Made by a program: the position numbers and the translations under genes. A stretch of 64,000 nucleotides of DNA from an uncultured Actinomycetes bacterium. Lineage in GTDB: Bacteria > Actinomycetota > Thermoleophilia > RBG-16-64-13. Under the pieces are notes generated by a model. That model saw only the letters and a program-made list of their open reading frames with translations. It was not told the origin of the DNA and did not search any database. The first letter of the stretch is position 1; the number at the start of each line of letters is the position of its first letter. This document shows, piece after piece, positions 1 to 9,881 of this stretch. Location: the NCBI GenBank assembly GCA_963706025.1, contig CAVPLM010000003.1, positions 576,001 through 640,000 of the forward strand, written 5' to 3'.

Positions 1-7
1 CGGAGAG

Positions 8-1831
8 ATGACTCAGGAGTACATCGATTTCTACGTTGAGCGGGCCAAGAATGGCGTTGGACTGATAGTTGTCGAGAATACCTGCGTCGACTGGCCCGCC
101 GGCAAGGTTGCTAGTAATCCGCTCCGGCTAGACGACGAGAAGTTCATCCAAGGACTCCACGAGCTGGCCGAGGCGGTGCATCCATATGGCGCGAAACTTG
201 CCACCAATCTCCAACACGCCGGACGTCAGTCCAGCCCGATCTATACGGAGGGCCATGAACTGCAATCGGCCTCTTCGGTGCCCTGTGAGTCGACGGGCGG
301 TCACATCCCGCACGCATTGACTTTGCCCGAAGTCGAACAGATAGTCGAGAAGTTCGCTCAGGCTGTTCGGCGCACCGCTGCGGCCGGATTCGATATCGCT
401 CAACTGCACGGGGCGCATGGCTACCTGATAAGTCAATTCCTGTCCCCGTTCACCAATAAGCGCAGCGACAAATACGGCGGAAGCTTTGAGAATCGCCTGC
501 GATTTCCTCGAGAGATAGTTGCACGTGCCCGGGAGCTGGTTGGGAAGGATTTCCCGATAGAGCTTCGATTGAGCGGTGATGAACTGTTGGAGGAGGGCTA
601 CGCCCTCAAGGACGGCGTCAGCATCGCTCGAGCCATGGTGGAGGCTGGTATTACGAGCATAAGCGTATCTGCGGGGATTTACGAACGTCCAACCGCCTGT
701 TTTCCCACGATGTCGATGCCGCGTGCCGTTTGGTCGGAGATCGGCGCGGCATTCAAAGAAGCTTTGGACGTACCGGTCACGCTCGTTGGCAAGCTTGACG
801 ATCCGATTGATGCCGTCAGAGTGCTGGAAGAGGGCAAGGCCGATCTGGTAGCCATCGGACGCCAGCATCTTGCTGATCCCGAATGGGCCAGGAAGGTTGC
901 AGAGGGCCGAGTCGGCGACATACGCCCTTGCATCCACTGCAATGAGGGGTGCGCAGGGAACCTGGGCAAGGACTGGAGGGTAGGCTGCGACGTCAATCCA
1001 GCGGTCGGCCACGAGGTCGCATATGCCATCAAGGAAGCTCCCAAACGCAAGAAGGTTCTCGTGGCCGGCGGGGGGCCGGCTGGTATGGAAGCCGCCAGAA
1101 TGGCGGCCTTGCGCGGGCATCAGGTTATCCTCTTTGAGAAGTCGGACCAACTGGGAGGACTGCTCAACTACGCAGGAGTGCCTGACTTTAAGGACGACAT
1201 ACGCCGGTACAGACGGTATCTGGTTGGTCAGATGAAGGAACTATGGGTGGAAACACGTCTCGGCCAAGAAGTGACTCCTGCACTCGTTCAAGAGCACGAC
1301 CCTGACGTAGTCATAGTGGCGACAGGGGCGCAGCCGAAGGCTAATGCGATTCCTACGGCGTCCGGCGCCAAAGTGCTCCAAGCTATCGAGGTGCTCGGTG
1401 CGCCGATCCCGGAAGGTCGGTCTGCCGTGGTTGTTGGAGGCGGCCGGGTCGGCGTTGAGATTGCTCGGTACCTCGCCGAAAAAGGCAAGAAGGTCATGAT
1501 TGTAGAGATGCTGCCAGATTGGGCCTACGACACGGCGGGAGTCAACAAGGTAGAGATGATTGAGACGCTGGCGGCGCTTGATGTGCCCGTGCTGACGAAC
1601 ACGGCCGCAAAGGCGATTCGAATGGACGGGGTAGAGGTCGTGACGAACGGTGAGGAGCGGCTGCTTGCGGCGGACTTCGTCGTGACAGCTTTGGGCTTCA
1701 ACCCCGACCCGACTTTGGCTCAGGAGTTGGAGGGGATAGTGCCCGAGGTCTACTCCATCGGAGATCTGAATGGTGGAACGCGAATCTGGGGGGCTACTCA
1801 CGATGCATGGAGGGTGGCAAGAGCGATCTAG
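8..1831 (+). CDS. NADH:flavin oxidoreductase, OYE/2,4-dienoyl-CoA reductase/BaiCD-H type (FMN barrel + 4Fe-4S + FAD domain); probably starts upstream of the window
   Basis: LHGAHGYL.SQFLSP.TN.R.D.YGGS.ENR.RF motif; CIHCNEGC..C cluster motif; GGGPAG and GGGRVG Rossmann motifs. Confidence 0.9.
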   Translation: MTQEYIDFYVERAKNGVGLIVVENTCVDWPAGKVASNPLRLDDEKFIQGLHELAEAVHPYGAKLATNLQHAGRQSSPIYTEGHELQSASSVPCESTGGHIPHALTLPEVEQIVEKFAQAVRRTAAAGFDIAQLHGAHGYLISQFLSPFTNKRSDKYGGSFENRLRFPREIVARARELVGKDFPIELRLSGDELLEEGYALKDGVSIARAMVEAGITSISVSAGIYERPTACFPTMSMPRAVWSEIGAAFKEALDVPVTLVGKLDDPIDAVRVLEEGKADLVAIGRQHLADPEWARKVAEGRVGDIRPCIHCNEGCAGNLGKDWRVGCDVNPAVGHEVAYAIKEAPKRKKVLVAGGGPAGMEAARMAALRGHQVILFEKSDQLGGLLNYAGVPDFKDDIRRYRRYLVGQMKELWVETRLGQEVTPALVQEHDPDVVIVATGAQPKANAIPTASGAKVLQAIEVLGAPIPEGRSAVVVGGGRVGVEIARYLAEKGKKVMIVEMLPDWAYDTAGVNKVEMIETLAALDVPVLTNTAAKAIRMDGVEVVTNGEERLLAADFVVTALGFNPDPTLAQELEGIVPEVYSIGDLNGGTRIWGATHDAWRVARAI

Positions 1832-1906
1832 AACTCGGTGGAGCTAGTCGCGGAGACCCCGGTTCGGGCGACGGTTCAGAACTAAACCGTATAGCAAGGA
1901 GCAACA

Positions 1907-2401
1907 ATGAAGGGGCCGACAGTGGCTTTGGGCACGCTGGCTCAGATCGGCGTAGTGGTGAGAGATCTGCAGAAGACTATCGATGAGTACTGGAACATTT
2001 TTGGCATAGGTCCGTGGAGCATTTGGAAATATGATCCCACAGTCGTTGAGGACGTGACCTACCGAGGTGAGCCCCACGAGTTCGCGTGGACGATTGCGCT
2101 GGCCCAGGATGGACCGGTTCAATGGGAAGTTATCGAGCCGCTCTGGGGGGAGAGTATCTACACGGAGTTTCTTCGGGAGCACGGAGAAGGTTTGCACCAC
2201 GTGGCCTACTTGGTGGACGGCGCCTGGAAAATCGTTGAAGACCTCAACCCAGTTGGGGTGACCGCGATTCAGAGCGGCTTCGTCAAAGGGCGTCCGTTCA
2301 TCTACCTCGATACAGAAAAACGGTTGGGGGCGTGCTTTGAGTTGATTGGGACAGGGGGCACACACCTCCCTCCCGACAGGGTTTACCCGAGCGCGGAGTA
2401 A
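1907..2401 (+). CDS. VOC/glyoxalase family protein (methylmalonyl-CoA epimerase-like)
   Basis: QIGVVVRDL, WEVIEP, FLREHGEGLHHVAY and C-terminal FELI motifs; AAGGAG RBS. Confidence 0.85.
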   Translation: MKGPTVALGTLAQIGVVVRDLQKTIDEYWNIFGIGPWSIWKYDPTVVEDVTYRGEPHEFAWTIALAQDGPVQWEVIEPLWGESIYTEFLREHGEGLHHVAYLVDGAWKIVEDLNPVGVTAIQSGFVKGRPFIYLDTEKRLGACFELIGTGGTHLPPDRVYPSAE

Positions 2402-2479
2402 GCTGGAGCAGCAATCCGCCCGGCAGTCGCCGCACGTTTAAGATGGTGAGGATGTTACTGATAAGAAGGAGAGTGGATC

Positions 2480-2863
2480 ATGGGCAGGGAAGAGAACATC
2501 GCCGTAGTCGCGAAGTACACCGAGGCAGTCAACAAGCGTGACGCGGAAGGTTTCCTGTCTGTCTTTGACGCCGATTCCGTGTGGATCGATCCAATGGGTA
2601 CTCCACCGTGCGTTGGCCCGGAGCAGATCCTCCGTGGCATCCAGGGTTTCTGGGACGCCCTTCCCAGCCTTACGCTGACCCCCCTCAGGATCATCGCTGA
2701 TGGAGACATCGTGGTCAGCGAGGTGGCCTGCGACGTTGCCAACGCCGAGGGAAAGACAGCGCACATCGAGGCCGCTGACATATTCGAAATACGAGACGGC
2801 AAGATCAGGAACTGTCACGCCTACTCCGACCCCGCCTGGATTAGCCGCCAACTAGCCGGCTAG
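2480..2863 (+). CDS. NTF2/SnoaL-like protein, ketosteroid isomerase-like
   Basis: 127 aa; Y13, D37-PMG and D100 align by eye with KSI Y14, D38-PVG and D99; RDGKI motif. Confidence 0.8.
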   Translation: MGREENIAVVAKYTEAVNKRDAEGFLSVFDADSVWIDPMGTPPCVGPEQILRGIQGFWDALPSLTLTPLRIIADGDIVVSEVACDVANAEGKTAHIEAADIFEIRDGKIRNCHAYSDPAWISRQLAG

Positions 2864-2960
2864 TGGGTGAAGTCGACTCTTCTGCAGATGTGATTCGCTT
2901 GCTCTGGAGGCAAGCCAGGGCTCGATGGGCTGTGGCCATTAACGAGGAGGTAGACTGATC

Positions 2961-4832
2961 ATGCCTAACGGTTACACCGGCAACATCCTTAGGGTTGACC
3001 TGACGCGTGGGACCTGGGCAACGGAGCACCCCGAGGAGATCTTCTATCGCACGCATCTGGGTGGTAGGGCGTTGGCCGCCTATTACCTGCTGAACGATGT
3101 TCCTGCTTCGGCCGATGCTCTTGGCCCTGCGAACGAGCTCGTTTTCGCTGTGAGCGTGACCACGGGTGCCCCGGTTCCGGGGCTCTCGCGCTACACGGTG
3201 GCGGCGAAGTCCCCTCTGAGTGGTCTGTATGGTGAGGCCGAGGCCAGCGGGTACTTTGGCGCCGAGATGAAGTGGGCTGGATATGATGCGATCATCTTCG
3301 AGGGATGTTCACCCCACCCAGTGTACCTTGCCATCGTCGATGGACAGGTTGAGCTCCGCGACGCTGCCCACCTATGGGGCAAGGACACTGGCGATGTCCA
3401 GGCGGCCATCTGGGAGGAATTGGGTGACAAAAAGGTGCAGGTTGCTCAGATTGGACCCGCAGGTGAGAACCTCGTTCGGTTCGCGTGTGTACTGTCAGGG
3501 CCCGTTTTTAGTCACGTGAACGGACGAGCTGGTATGGGTGCTGTCATGGGCTCGAAGAAGCTGCGCGCGGTGGCAGTCCGTGGTCACCAGAAGAACGCGG
3601 TTAAGGACAGGGAGGCGCTGAAGACGCTGGCCGCGTGGTTTGGACAGACCTGGAAGTCGAACCCTGACGATCTTCTACTACACGAGGTTGGCACCGCCGC
3701 CTACCTTTCGGCACTGGATGCAGCAGGTATCTTGCCTACCCGCAACTTCAGCGAAGGGACTTTCGAAGCTACCGATGCTGTCAGCGCCGAGGCCATGCGC
3801 CAGGAGCTGGTGGTGAGCAGCGAAGGCTGTTACGCCTGTCCTGTGCGGTGCAAGCATCCTGTGGAGTCGGATGGTGTCTACAAGATAGATCCGCTGTACG
3901 GCGGTCCGGAGTACGAGAGTCTGGCAGCTTTCAGTTCATCCCAGGGTGTATCTAACGTGGCCGCGGCAGCCAAGGCGAACGAGCTGTGCAATCGCTGGGG
4001 CTTGGACACGATCGGGGCGGGAGTCACGATTGCCTTTGGGCAGGAGTGCCTCGAAAGGGGCATCCTGAGTGAGGAGGAGGTCGGCGTCGAGTTGCGCTTC
4101 GGCAACGCTGAGGCAATGCTGACGATGCTTGAGCAGATCACTTTCCGAAGAGGTTTCGGCGACATCCTTGCCGAGGGAACGAAGCGCGCGGCCGAGAAGA
4201 TTGGCAAAGGTGCGGAGAAGCTGGCCATGCAGGTCAAGGGACAGGAGTTGCCGCTGCATGACCCGCGAGGCAAGAAAGGCGTGGGACTGGGTTACGCAGT
4301 ATCTCCCACGGGGGCGGACCATCTGCAGATTGAGCACGACGGTGCTTTTGCCGCTCAGGGCCTTTTTCTGGACAAGATCAGGCCGCTGGGGATCAATGAA
4401 CCTGTCGATGCCCTTTCTCTTGGACCCGAGAAGACGCGACTCTTCACCTACTTGCAGATATGGTGGAGTCTGCTAAACAGCCTGGATTGGTGCTACTTCA
4501 CTGTCGCACCCGTCCGTCACTTTGAAGTTGAACATGTGGCGCAGATCGTCGAGGCCTGCACAGGCTGGAACACTAGCACCTGGGAACTCATGAAGGTTGG
4601 AGAGCGCGCTCTGACGGAGTTGCGCCTGTTCAACCTGAAGCACGGCTGGAGCAGGAAGGACGATGCACTGCCTGATCGTCTGTACGAGCCGTTGCCAGGC
4701 GGTCCGATGGAGGGATTCAGGATGGACCGCGGGGAGGTGGAAGCGGCTATCGACGCCTATCACGGCATGATGGGATGGGATGAACGAACCGGTGTACCCA
4801 CAGGGGCGAAGTTGGCGGAGCTGCAACTGTGA
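2961..4832 (+). CDS. aor: tungsten-type aldehyde:ferredoxin oxidoreductase
   Basis: GYTGNILRVDLT, KSPL, GRAGMGAVMGSKKLRA, CYACPVRC, PEYE, CNRWGLDTI, GLGYAVSPTGADH motifs. Confidence 0.93.
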   Translation: MPNGYTGNILRVDLTRGTWATEHPEEIFYRTHLGGRALAAYYLLNDVPASADALGPANELVFAVSVTTGAPVPGLSRYTVAAKSPLSGLYGEAEASGYFGAEMKWAGYDAIIFEGCSPHPVYLAIVDGQVELRDAAHLWGKDTGDVQAAIWEELGDKKVQVAQIGPAGENLVRFACVLSGPVFSHVNGRAGMGAVMGSKKLRAVAVRGHQKNAVKDREALKTLAAWFGQTWKSNPDDLLLHEVGTAAYLSALDAAGILPTRNFSEGTFEATDAVSAEAMRQELVVSSEGCYACPVRCKHPVESDGVYKIDPLYGGPEYESLAAFSSSQGVSNVAAAAKANELCNRWGLDTIGAGVTIAFGQECLERGILSEEEVGVELRFGNAEAMLTMLEQITFRRGFGDILAEGTKRAAEKIGKGAEKLAMQVKGQELPLHDPRGKKGVGLGYAVSPTGADHLQIEHDGAFAAQGLFLDKIRPLGINEPVDALSLGPEKTRLFTYLQIWWSLLNSLDWCYFTVAPVRHFEVEHVAQIVEACTGWNTSTWELMKVGERALTELRLFNLKHGWSRKDDALPDRLYEPLPGGPMEGFRMDRGEVEAAIDAYHGMMGWDERTGVPTGAKLAELQL

Positions 4833-4920
4833 GTCTCTGAACCTTTGGTTGCAGTGTTGACGTGCTCAAGCTGGTGCCCGGGAACCGAGGAAACGGAGCT
4901 CGAAAGAGGAGGGAAGGACC

Positions 4921-5550
4921 ATGGCGACCGATTTGGTCAGCCTCGTATCAGATTTGAAGGAGGAAGAGGCCCTAGAACTGGCTCAAGACAGACTAAACCG
5001 GGGGGATGACCCGCTCGCTATTCTGAACGATGCGAGAAAGGGCTTGGAGATCGTTGGCAAGCGTTTTGAGCAAGGGACGTACTTCATCCCAGACCTGGTC
5101 TACTCGGGCGAGATACTTCAGGGAATCTCAGCCATCGTCAAACCAAGATTGACCGGCGGGGCCGGCGGCGAGAAGATCGGCAAGTTCATTCTGGGAACCG
5201 TTGCCGGCGATATTCACGATATTGGCAAGGATATTGTTAAGTTCATGCTGGATATCAACGGTATTGAGGTCCATGATCTGGGGGTGGACGTCCCCGCCCA
5301 GAGATTCGTGGAAGCAATAAGGGAGACTGAAGCGCCCCTCGTCGGGCTGAGCGGGTTCCTGACCTTAGCCTTCGATTCGATGAGGGAGACGGTAGAAGCC
5401 ATCAGGCTGGCCGGGCTGAGAGACCAGGTGAAGATTCTGATCGGCGGCTTCCCCGTGGACGAGGAGGTCAGGGTCTATACCGGTGCGGACGCTTTTGGGA
5501 AGGACGCCACGCAGGCTGTGTCGCTTGCGAAGGCCTATCTAGCACTCTGA
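4921..5550 (+). CDS. corrinoid (cobalamin-binding) protein of a methyltransferase system
   Basis: N-terminal cap domain; GDIHDIGK (DxHxxG), DLGVDV, GLSG, IGG motifs. Confidence 0.93.
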   Translation: MATDLVSLVSDLKEEEALELAQDRLNRGDDPLAILNDARKGLEIVGKRFEQGTYFIPDLVYSGEILQGISAIVKPRLTGGAGGEKIGKFILGTVAGDIHDIGKDIVKFMLDINGIEVHDLGVDVPAQRFVEAIRETEAPLVGLSGFLTLAFDSMRETVEAIRLAGLRDQVKILIGGFPVDEEVRVYTGADAFGKDATQAVSLAKAYLAL

Positions 5551-5581
5551 AGGTTTGGGAAACCGAATAGGGGGTTCTTAC

Positions 5582-6916
5582 ATGGAGGAGAAGACCAAAG
5601 CCCAGGAGATGTTGGATCTGTGGTGCTCCGCTCCCGGCATCGAATTCGTCGACTCTGAGGCTGAGGAGGCGTATAAGTCCAGGACCCGAAGGATCGCCGA
5701 CGCGATTCAACTCAAGAAACCGGATAGAGTGCCCGTCACTCCCATGTGGGAATACTACTACGGCGTCTACTCGAAGGTCAGCAGTTATGACTGCCTCTAC
5801 AACCCGGATATCGCCAGATGGGCAGTCAAAAAGACAATCACCGAACTGAAACCGGACGCGTTTGAAGCACCATTCAACTTCATGATCGGACCCGTGCTCG
5901 ACGCTCTTGGCGAGAAGGACCTGCTCTGGGCGGGTCATGGGTTAGACTACAACGCTGCGCACCAGTACGTCGAAGGGGAGCATCTCAAGGCAGACGAATA
6001 CGAGGCTCTTATTAACGACCCCAGTGACTGTATGATGAGGGTGGTCCTGCCTCGTGTCTGCGGCAACCTGAAGGGCCTTGAGGTCCTGGCCCCCCTGCGC
6101 AATACCTTTTTCACCTACGCCATGTACGGCCAGTTTGCTGGCCTGGGCACCCCGGAAGGCAAGGAAGCGCTGAGCGCCCTCATGAGGGCTGGAGAGGCTT
6201 CTCGGGCGTATGTGGACTGGGTCGCCGCGACAAGCCAAGAGATGTACTCTCTAGGCTTCCCGTGCTTCATCGGGGGCATCTGTTTTGCGCCCTACGACGC
6301 TGTGGCCGACTCGCTGAGAGGTACTCACGGCGCCATGATGGACATGTACCGTCGGCCAGAGCTATTGAAGGAGGCCTGCGAGAAGTTTCTGTGGGTGAAC
6401 TTCAATCTCGCCATGGCCGCTACAGAAGCGGCGAAGAACCCGATTGCCTTCATCCCACTTCACAAGGGCACGGCCTCCACCCGCGATGGCAAGGGCGGCT
6501 TCATGTCCCTAGGGCAATTCGAGGAGTTCTACTGGTACTACCTGAGAAGACTGATGATGAAGCTCATCGAGAACGGCAGAGTGCCCCATCTGCTCATCGA
6601 GGGTGACTACACGTCCCGGCTGGAGATCATCAAAGACGTGCCTCCGGGCACCTGCATCTACCACTTTGAAGAGGTAGACATCCCGAAAGCCAAGGAAGTG
6701 CTTGGCGACCGAGTCTGCCTGCAGGGCAAAGTCCCGATCCAGCTGATGTGGATGGGTACACCCCAAGACGTCAAGGACTACTGCAAGCATCTGATTGACG
6801 TCTGGGGTGAGGGCGGGGGTTTTATCATGGACATGGTGATGGCCTCGGAGCAGATCAGGCCGGAAAACATGAAAGCCTTAATTGAATTCACGAAGGAATA
6901 CGGCGTGTATCGATGA
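5582..6916 (+). CDS. UroD-family (COG0407-type) corrinoid methyltransferase, MT I-like
   Basis: PDRVP, APYD..D.LRG....MD.YRRP, FIPLHKG, QFEEFYW, AKEVLG..CLQG.VP, GGGFI motifs; lies between corrinoid protein and pterin methyltransferase; ATG 5582 preferred as start. Confidence 0.85.
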   Translation: MEEKTKAQEMLDLWCSAPGIEFVDSEAEEAYKSRTRRIADAIQLKKPDRVPVTPMWEYYYGVYSKVSSYDCLYNPDIARWAVKKTITELKPDAFEAPFNFMIGPVLDALGEKDLLWAGHGLDYNAAHQYVEGEHLKADEYEALINDPSDCMMRVVLPRVCGNLKGLEVLAPLRNTFFTYAMYGQFAGLGTPEGKEALSALMRAGEASRAYVDWVAATSQEMYSLGFPCFIGGICFAPYDAVADSLRGTHGAMMDMYRRPELLKEACEKFLWVNFNLAMAATEAAKNPIAFIPLHKGTASTRDGKGGFMSLGQFEEFYWYYLRRLMMKLIENGRVPHLLIEGDYTSRLEIIKDVPPGTCIYHFEEVDIPKAKEVLGDRVCLQGKVPIQLMWMGTPQDVKDYCKHLIDVWGEGGGFIMDMVMASEQIRPENMKALIEFTKEYGVYR

Positions 6917-6965
6917 TGAGGAAGCCTCGATTGAGTCAAGGCCTGGCGATCCAAGAGGGGTAGGC

Positions 6966-7772
6966 ATGCTTCTCATCGGTGAGAAGATAAATGGCACCCG
7001 CGAAAGCGTAGCTGACGCCATTCGAAGCAGGGAGAAGGGATTCATCGCGGATCTGGCGCTGCGTCAGGTAGAGGCCGGAGCAACGTACCTTGATGTGCAT
7101 GCGGGGACGCGCCCGGAGGATGAGCCGGCAGACATGGTGTGGCTGATCGATGCCATCCAGCGGGTCACCGATGTCACGCTCTGCCTCGACAGCGCAAACC
7201 CCCGTGCCCTGGTTGCCGGCCTAGACGCGGTGAAGAAGAAGCCCATGATCAACTCCCTCAGTGGCGAGAAGAATCGGGTGGAGAATGTCCTCCCCTGGGC
7301 ATGCAAGTACGAGACCGAGCTTGTTGTCCTGGCAATGGATGACCGGGGGATCCCCAAGTCAGTCGATGAGAGACTCTCCATTGTGCGCTCCCTCGTGGAA
7401 CTGACCCGTGATGGGGGGCTGCCGGACGAGAAGCTATACATTGATCCCCTAATCACAGCTGTTGCCACCGACACCGGAAGCGGCATCACAGCGTTTGAGA
7501 CGATGCGGCGAATTAAAGAGGAGTTTCCCGAGGTCCATCTCACAGCCGGACTGAGCAACATCTCCTTTGGCCTCCCGGTCAGGCCGATTGTTAACCAGGC
7601 CTTCGCGGTTCTGGCCATCGAGGCTGGGTTGGACAGCGCGATCCTCGATCCTGAGGATGTTGAGCTGCGAGGCATCATGTACGCCGCCGAACTGGTGCTC
7701 GGCAGGGACAGACGCTGCCAGGGTTATACCAACGCCTATCGCGCCGGGCTCATAGGCAGGCAAAACGGCTAG
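6966..7772 (+). CDS. methyltetrahydrofolate:corrinoid methyltransferase (AcsE/MT II-like, pterin-binding)
   Basis: MLLIGEKING, YLDVHAG, CLDS, MINS, YIDPL, GLSNISFGLP.R, GLDSAILDP motifs. Confidence 0.92.
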   Translation: MLLIGEKINGTRESVADAIRSREKGFIADLALRQVEAGATYLDVHAGTRPEDEPADMVWLIDAIQRVTDVTLCLDSANPRALVAGLDAVKKKPMINSLSGEKNRVENVLPWACKYETELVVLAMDDRGIPKSVDERLSIVRSLVELTRDGGLPDEKLYIDPLITAVATDTGSGITAFETMRRIKEEFPEVHLTAGLSNISFGLPVRPIVNQAFAVLAIEAGLDSAILDPEDVELRGIMYAAELVLGRDRRCQGYTNAYRAGLIGRQNG

Positions 7773-8027
7773 AACCTGGCTCAGTGCCCTTGGATCGGAT
7801 GCGAGATCGAGACCCTCCGACGGCCTTTTGTCGGCCGTAGCCCGGCCGGTTCCCCCAGCGGGCCTTGGCTACCTCGGTCAAGAAGGTAAGGATGAACTCC
7901 TCCTGGTAGTCGTAGAGATCGCAGGGGATAGGCGAGGAAGAGGACGGGTCGTGTGCCAGGCAGTTCGCCCGAATCCATCCGACGACGACTACTGAGTCGA
8001 TGACAATGAAGAAGGACTCAGTCCCGA

Positions 8028-8876
8028 TTGATTAGAGGAACCCCAGACACAGATTGGACGGCGCTCAATCGTCTCGCCTCTCGCCTTCGGGCAGACGTGA
8101 TCGAGATGCTCTATCGCGCTCAGGCTGGCCACCCTGGGGGATCGATGAGTGCGGTAGAGATACTCGTCGCTCTGTATTTCAAGATCCTCCGCGTCGACCC
8201 ACAAAACCCGCGATGGGTCAACCGCGACCGCTTTGTGCTTTCAAAGGGACACGCCTCGGCAATCTACTACGCTGTGTTGGCAGAGCGGGGCTTCTTTCCC
8301 AAGAGCGTGCTGGCTACATACGATGAGCTTGACTCATGTCTGCAGGCTCATCCAGACTTGCAGACGCCGGGAGTCGACGCTCCTTCTGGCTCGCTGGGTC
8401 AGGGGTTGTCGGTGGGGGTAGGAATGGCTCTCGCCGCCCGCCTCGATGCGAAAGACTGCCGTATATACGTGCTCCTGGGAGATGGGGAGTTGGAAGAAGG
8501 GCAAGTCTGGGAGGCAGCGATGGCCGCCTCAAGGTTCAACCTGTGTACTTTGACGGCCATCGTCGACTACAACAAACTCCAGCTCGCGGGGCGCACAAAT
8601 GAAGTGATGGCTATAGAACCGCTCTCCGAGAAGTGGAAAGCCTTCAACTGGCACGTGATCGAGGTGCCGGGTCACGACATTAGGGCAGTCGCGGAGGCAT
8701 GCAGCACCGCGGCGACGATTACGAACCAGCCGACCGTCATAGTCGCCCACACCGTGAAAGGTAAAGGCGTCTCCTTCATGGAAGACGACTATCGGTGGCA
8801 CTCGGCTCCGATCACGGATGAAAACAGGGAGCGGGCGTTGGCAGAGCTAGGCGCAGCCGACGGGGGCGCGAGATGA
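8028..8876 (+). CDS. transketolase-family N-terminal (ThDP-binding) subunit
   Basis: GHPGGSMS, DRFVLSKGH, GSLGQGL, GDGELEEG..WEA, HTVKGKG motifs. Confidence 0.92.
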   Translation: MIRGTPDTDWTALNRLASRLRADVIEMLYRAQAGHPGGSMSAVEILVALYFKILRVDPQNPRWVNRDRFVLSKGHASAIYYAVLAERGFFPKSVLATYDELDSCLQAHPDLQTPGVDAPSGSLGQGLSVGVGMALAARLDAKDCRIYVLLGDGELEEGQVWEAAMAASRFNLCTLTAIVDYNKLQLAGRTNEVMAIEPLSEKWKAFNWHVIEVPGHDIRAVAEACSTAATITNQPTVIVAHTVKGKGVSFMEDDYRWHSAPITDENRERALAELGAADGGAR

Positions 8877-9811
8877 TACCGGGGTCGATTGTCGCTTTGC
8901 GGGATGGCTTTGGACAGGCTCTTGTCGACCTCGGGGCGACCAATCGACGCCTCGTTGTCCTGGACGGCGACGCCGCGCCCTCCACTAAGGCCAGCATGTT
9001 CGCGTCAGCATACCCGGACAGATTCTTTCAATTCGGCATCGCTGAGCAGAACATGATGAGTGCTGCAGCAGGCTTCGCATCCTTTGGCTTTGTGCCGGTC
9101 GTCAGTATCTTTGCCTGCTTCGCAACGAAGAGAGCGCTTGACCAGATCCGTATCTGTATAGCTCAACCTGCTCAGCACGTCGTCATCGCCGCCGGCTTCA
9201 GCGGCCTGCTGGTGGGCAAGAACGGTAAGACTCATCAATCGGTTCAAGACATGTCCATCATGCGCTCGATGCCGGAGATGACGGTCATCGCTCCGGCTGA
9301 TAGTGAGGAGGCGTATTGGGCTGTACTGGCAGCCGTCGAGTGTGACGGCCCGGTATACGTTCGACTGGTACGGGATCCAACGCCGGTCGTCTTCGAAAGC
9401 CGGCGTGACTTTGAGATTGGTCGAGCGATAACCGTCAGGGAGGGCAAGGACATAGCGCTGATTACCACCGGCACGATGCTGCCGCGGGCCATTGAGGCGG
9501 CAGACCTGCTCGAGCGTGAAGGAATACACGCCTACATCCTTCACGTCCCCACTCTCAAGCCGTTGGATGAAGATGCAATCGTTACCGCAGCCAAGGTGAC
9601 CTCGGCTGTAGTCACTTGCGAGGAACACAGCATCATCGGCGGCCTGGGGGGTGCAGTTTCCGAGACGTTGAGCGAACGCTGCCCGACGATAGTTGCGAGA
9701 GTAGGGTTGCGGGATACGTACGGTGCGTCGGGACCGCCTGAAGCTCTCCTCAAGAAGTTCGGGCTTACTGGAGAAGACATTGCAGCAAGCGCCCGGCGTT
9801 TGCTGGGGTGA
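8873..9811 (+). CDS. transketolase-family C-terminal subunit
   Basis: FGIAEQNM, THQS.QD, GPVYVR, EEHSIIGGLG motifs; ATGA overlap with the N-terminal subunit. Confidence 0.92.
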   Translation: MIPGSIVALRDGFGQALVDLGATNRRLVVLDGDAAPSTKASMFASAYPDRFFQFGIAEQNMMSAAAGFASFGFVPVVSIFACFATKRALDQIRICIAQPAQHVVIAAGFSGLLVGKNGKTHQSVQDMSIMRSMPEMTVIAPADSEEAYWAVLAAVECDGPVYVRLVRDPTPVVFESRRDFEIGRAITVREGKDIALITTGTMLPRAIEAADLLEREGIHAYILHVPTLKPLDEDAIVTAAKVTSAVVTCEEHSIIGGLGGAVSETLSERCPTIVARVGLRDTYGASGPPEALLKKFGLTGEDIAASARRLLG

Positions 9812-9881
9812 CGACGAAATTGACCGTGGCATTTGTGCGCAAACAGCCTACTCACCAACCTTCACGGGACCTGGTGCGCCG

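Noticed and set aside
4830-7772. Selenocysteine or pyrrolysine read-through in AOR and the methyltransferases
   Set aside because: The stops fall at the expected C-termini, no homology continues past them, and the MTs are not MttB/MtmB type
7775-7995. Minus-strand coding-like fragment VVGWIRANC...IPCDLYDYQEEFILTFL between MT II and the transketolase
   Set aside because: No start and no recognisable family; resemblance to the TetR C-terminal region is too weak
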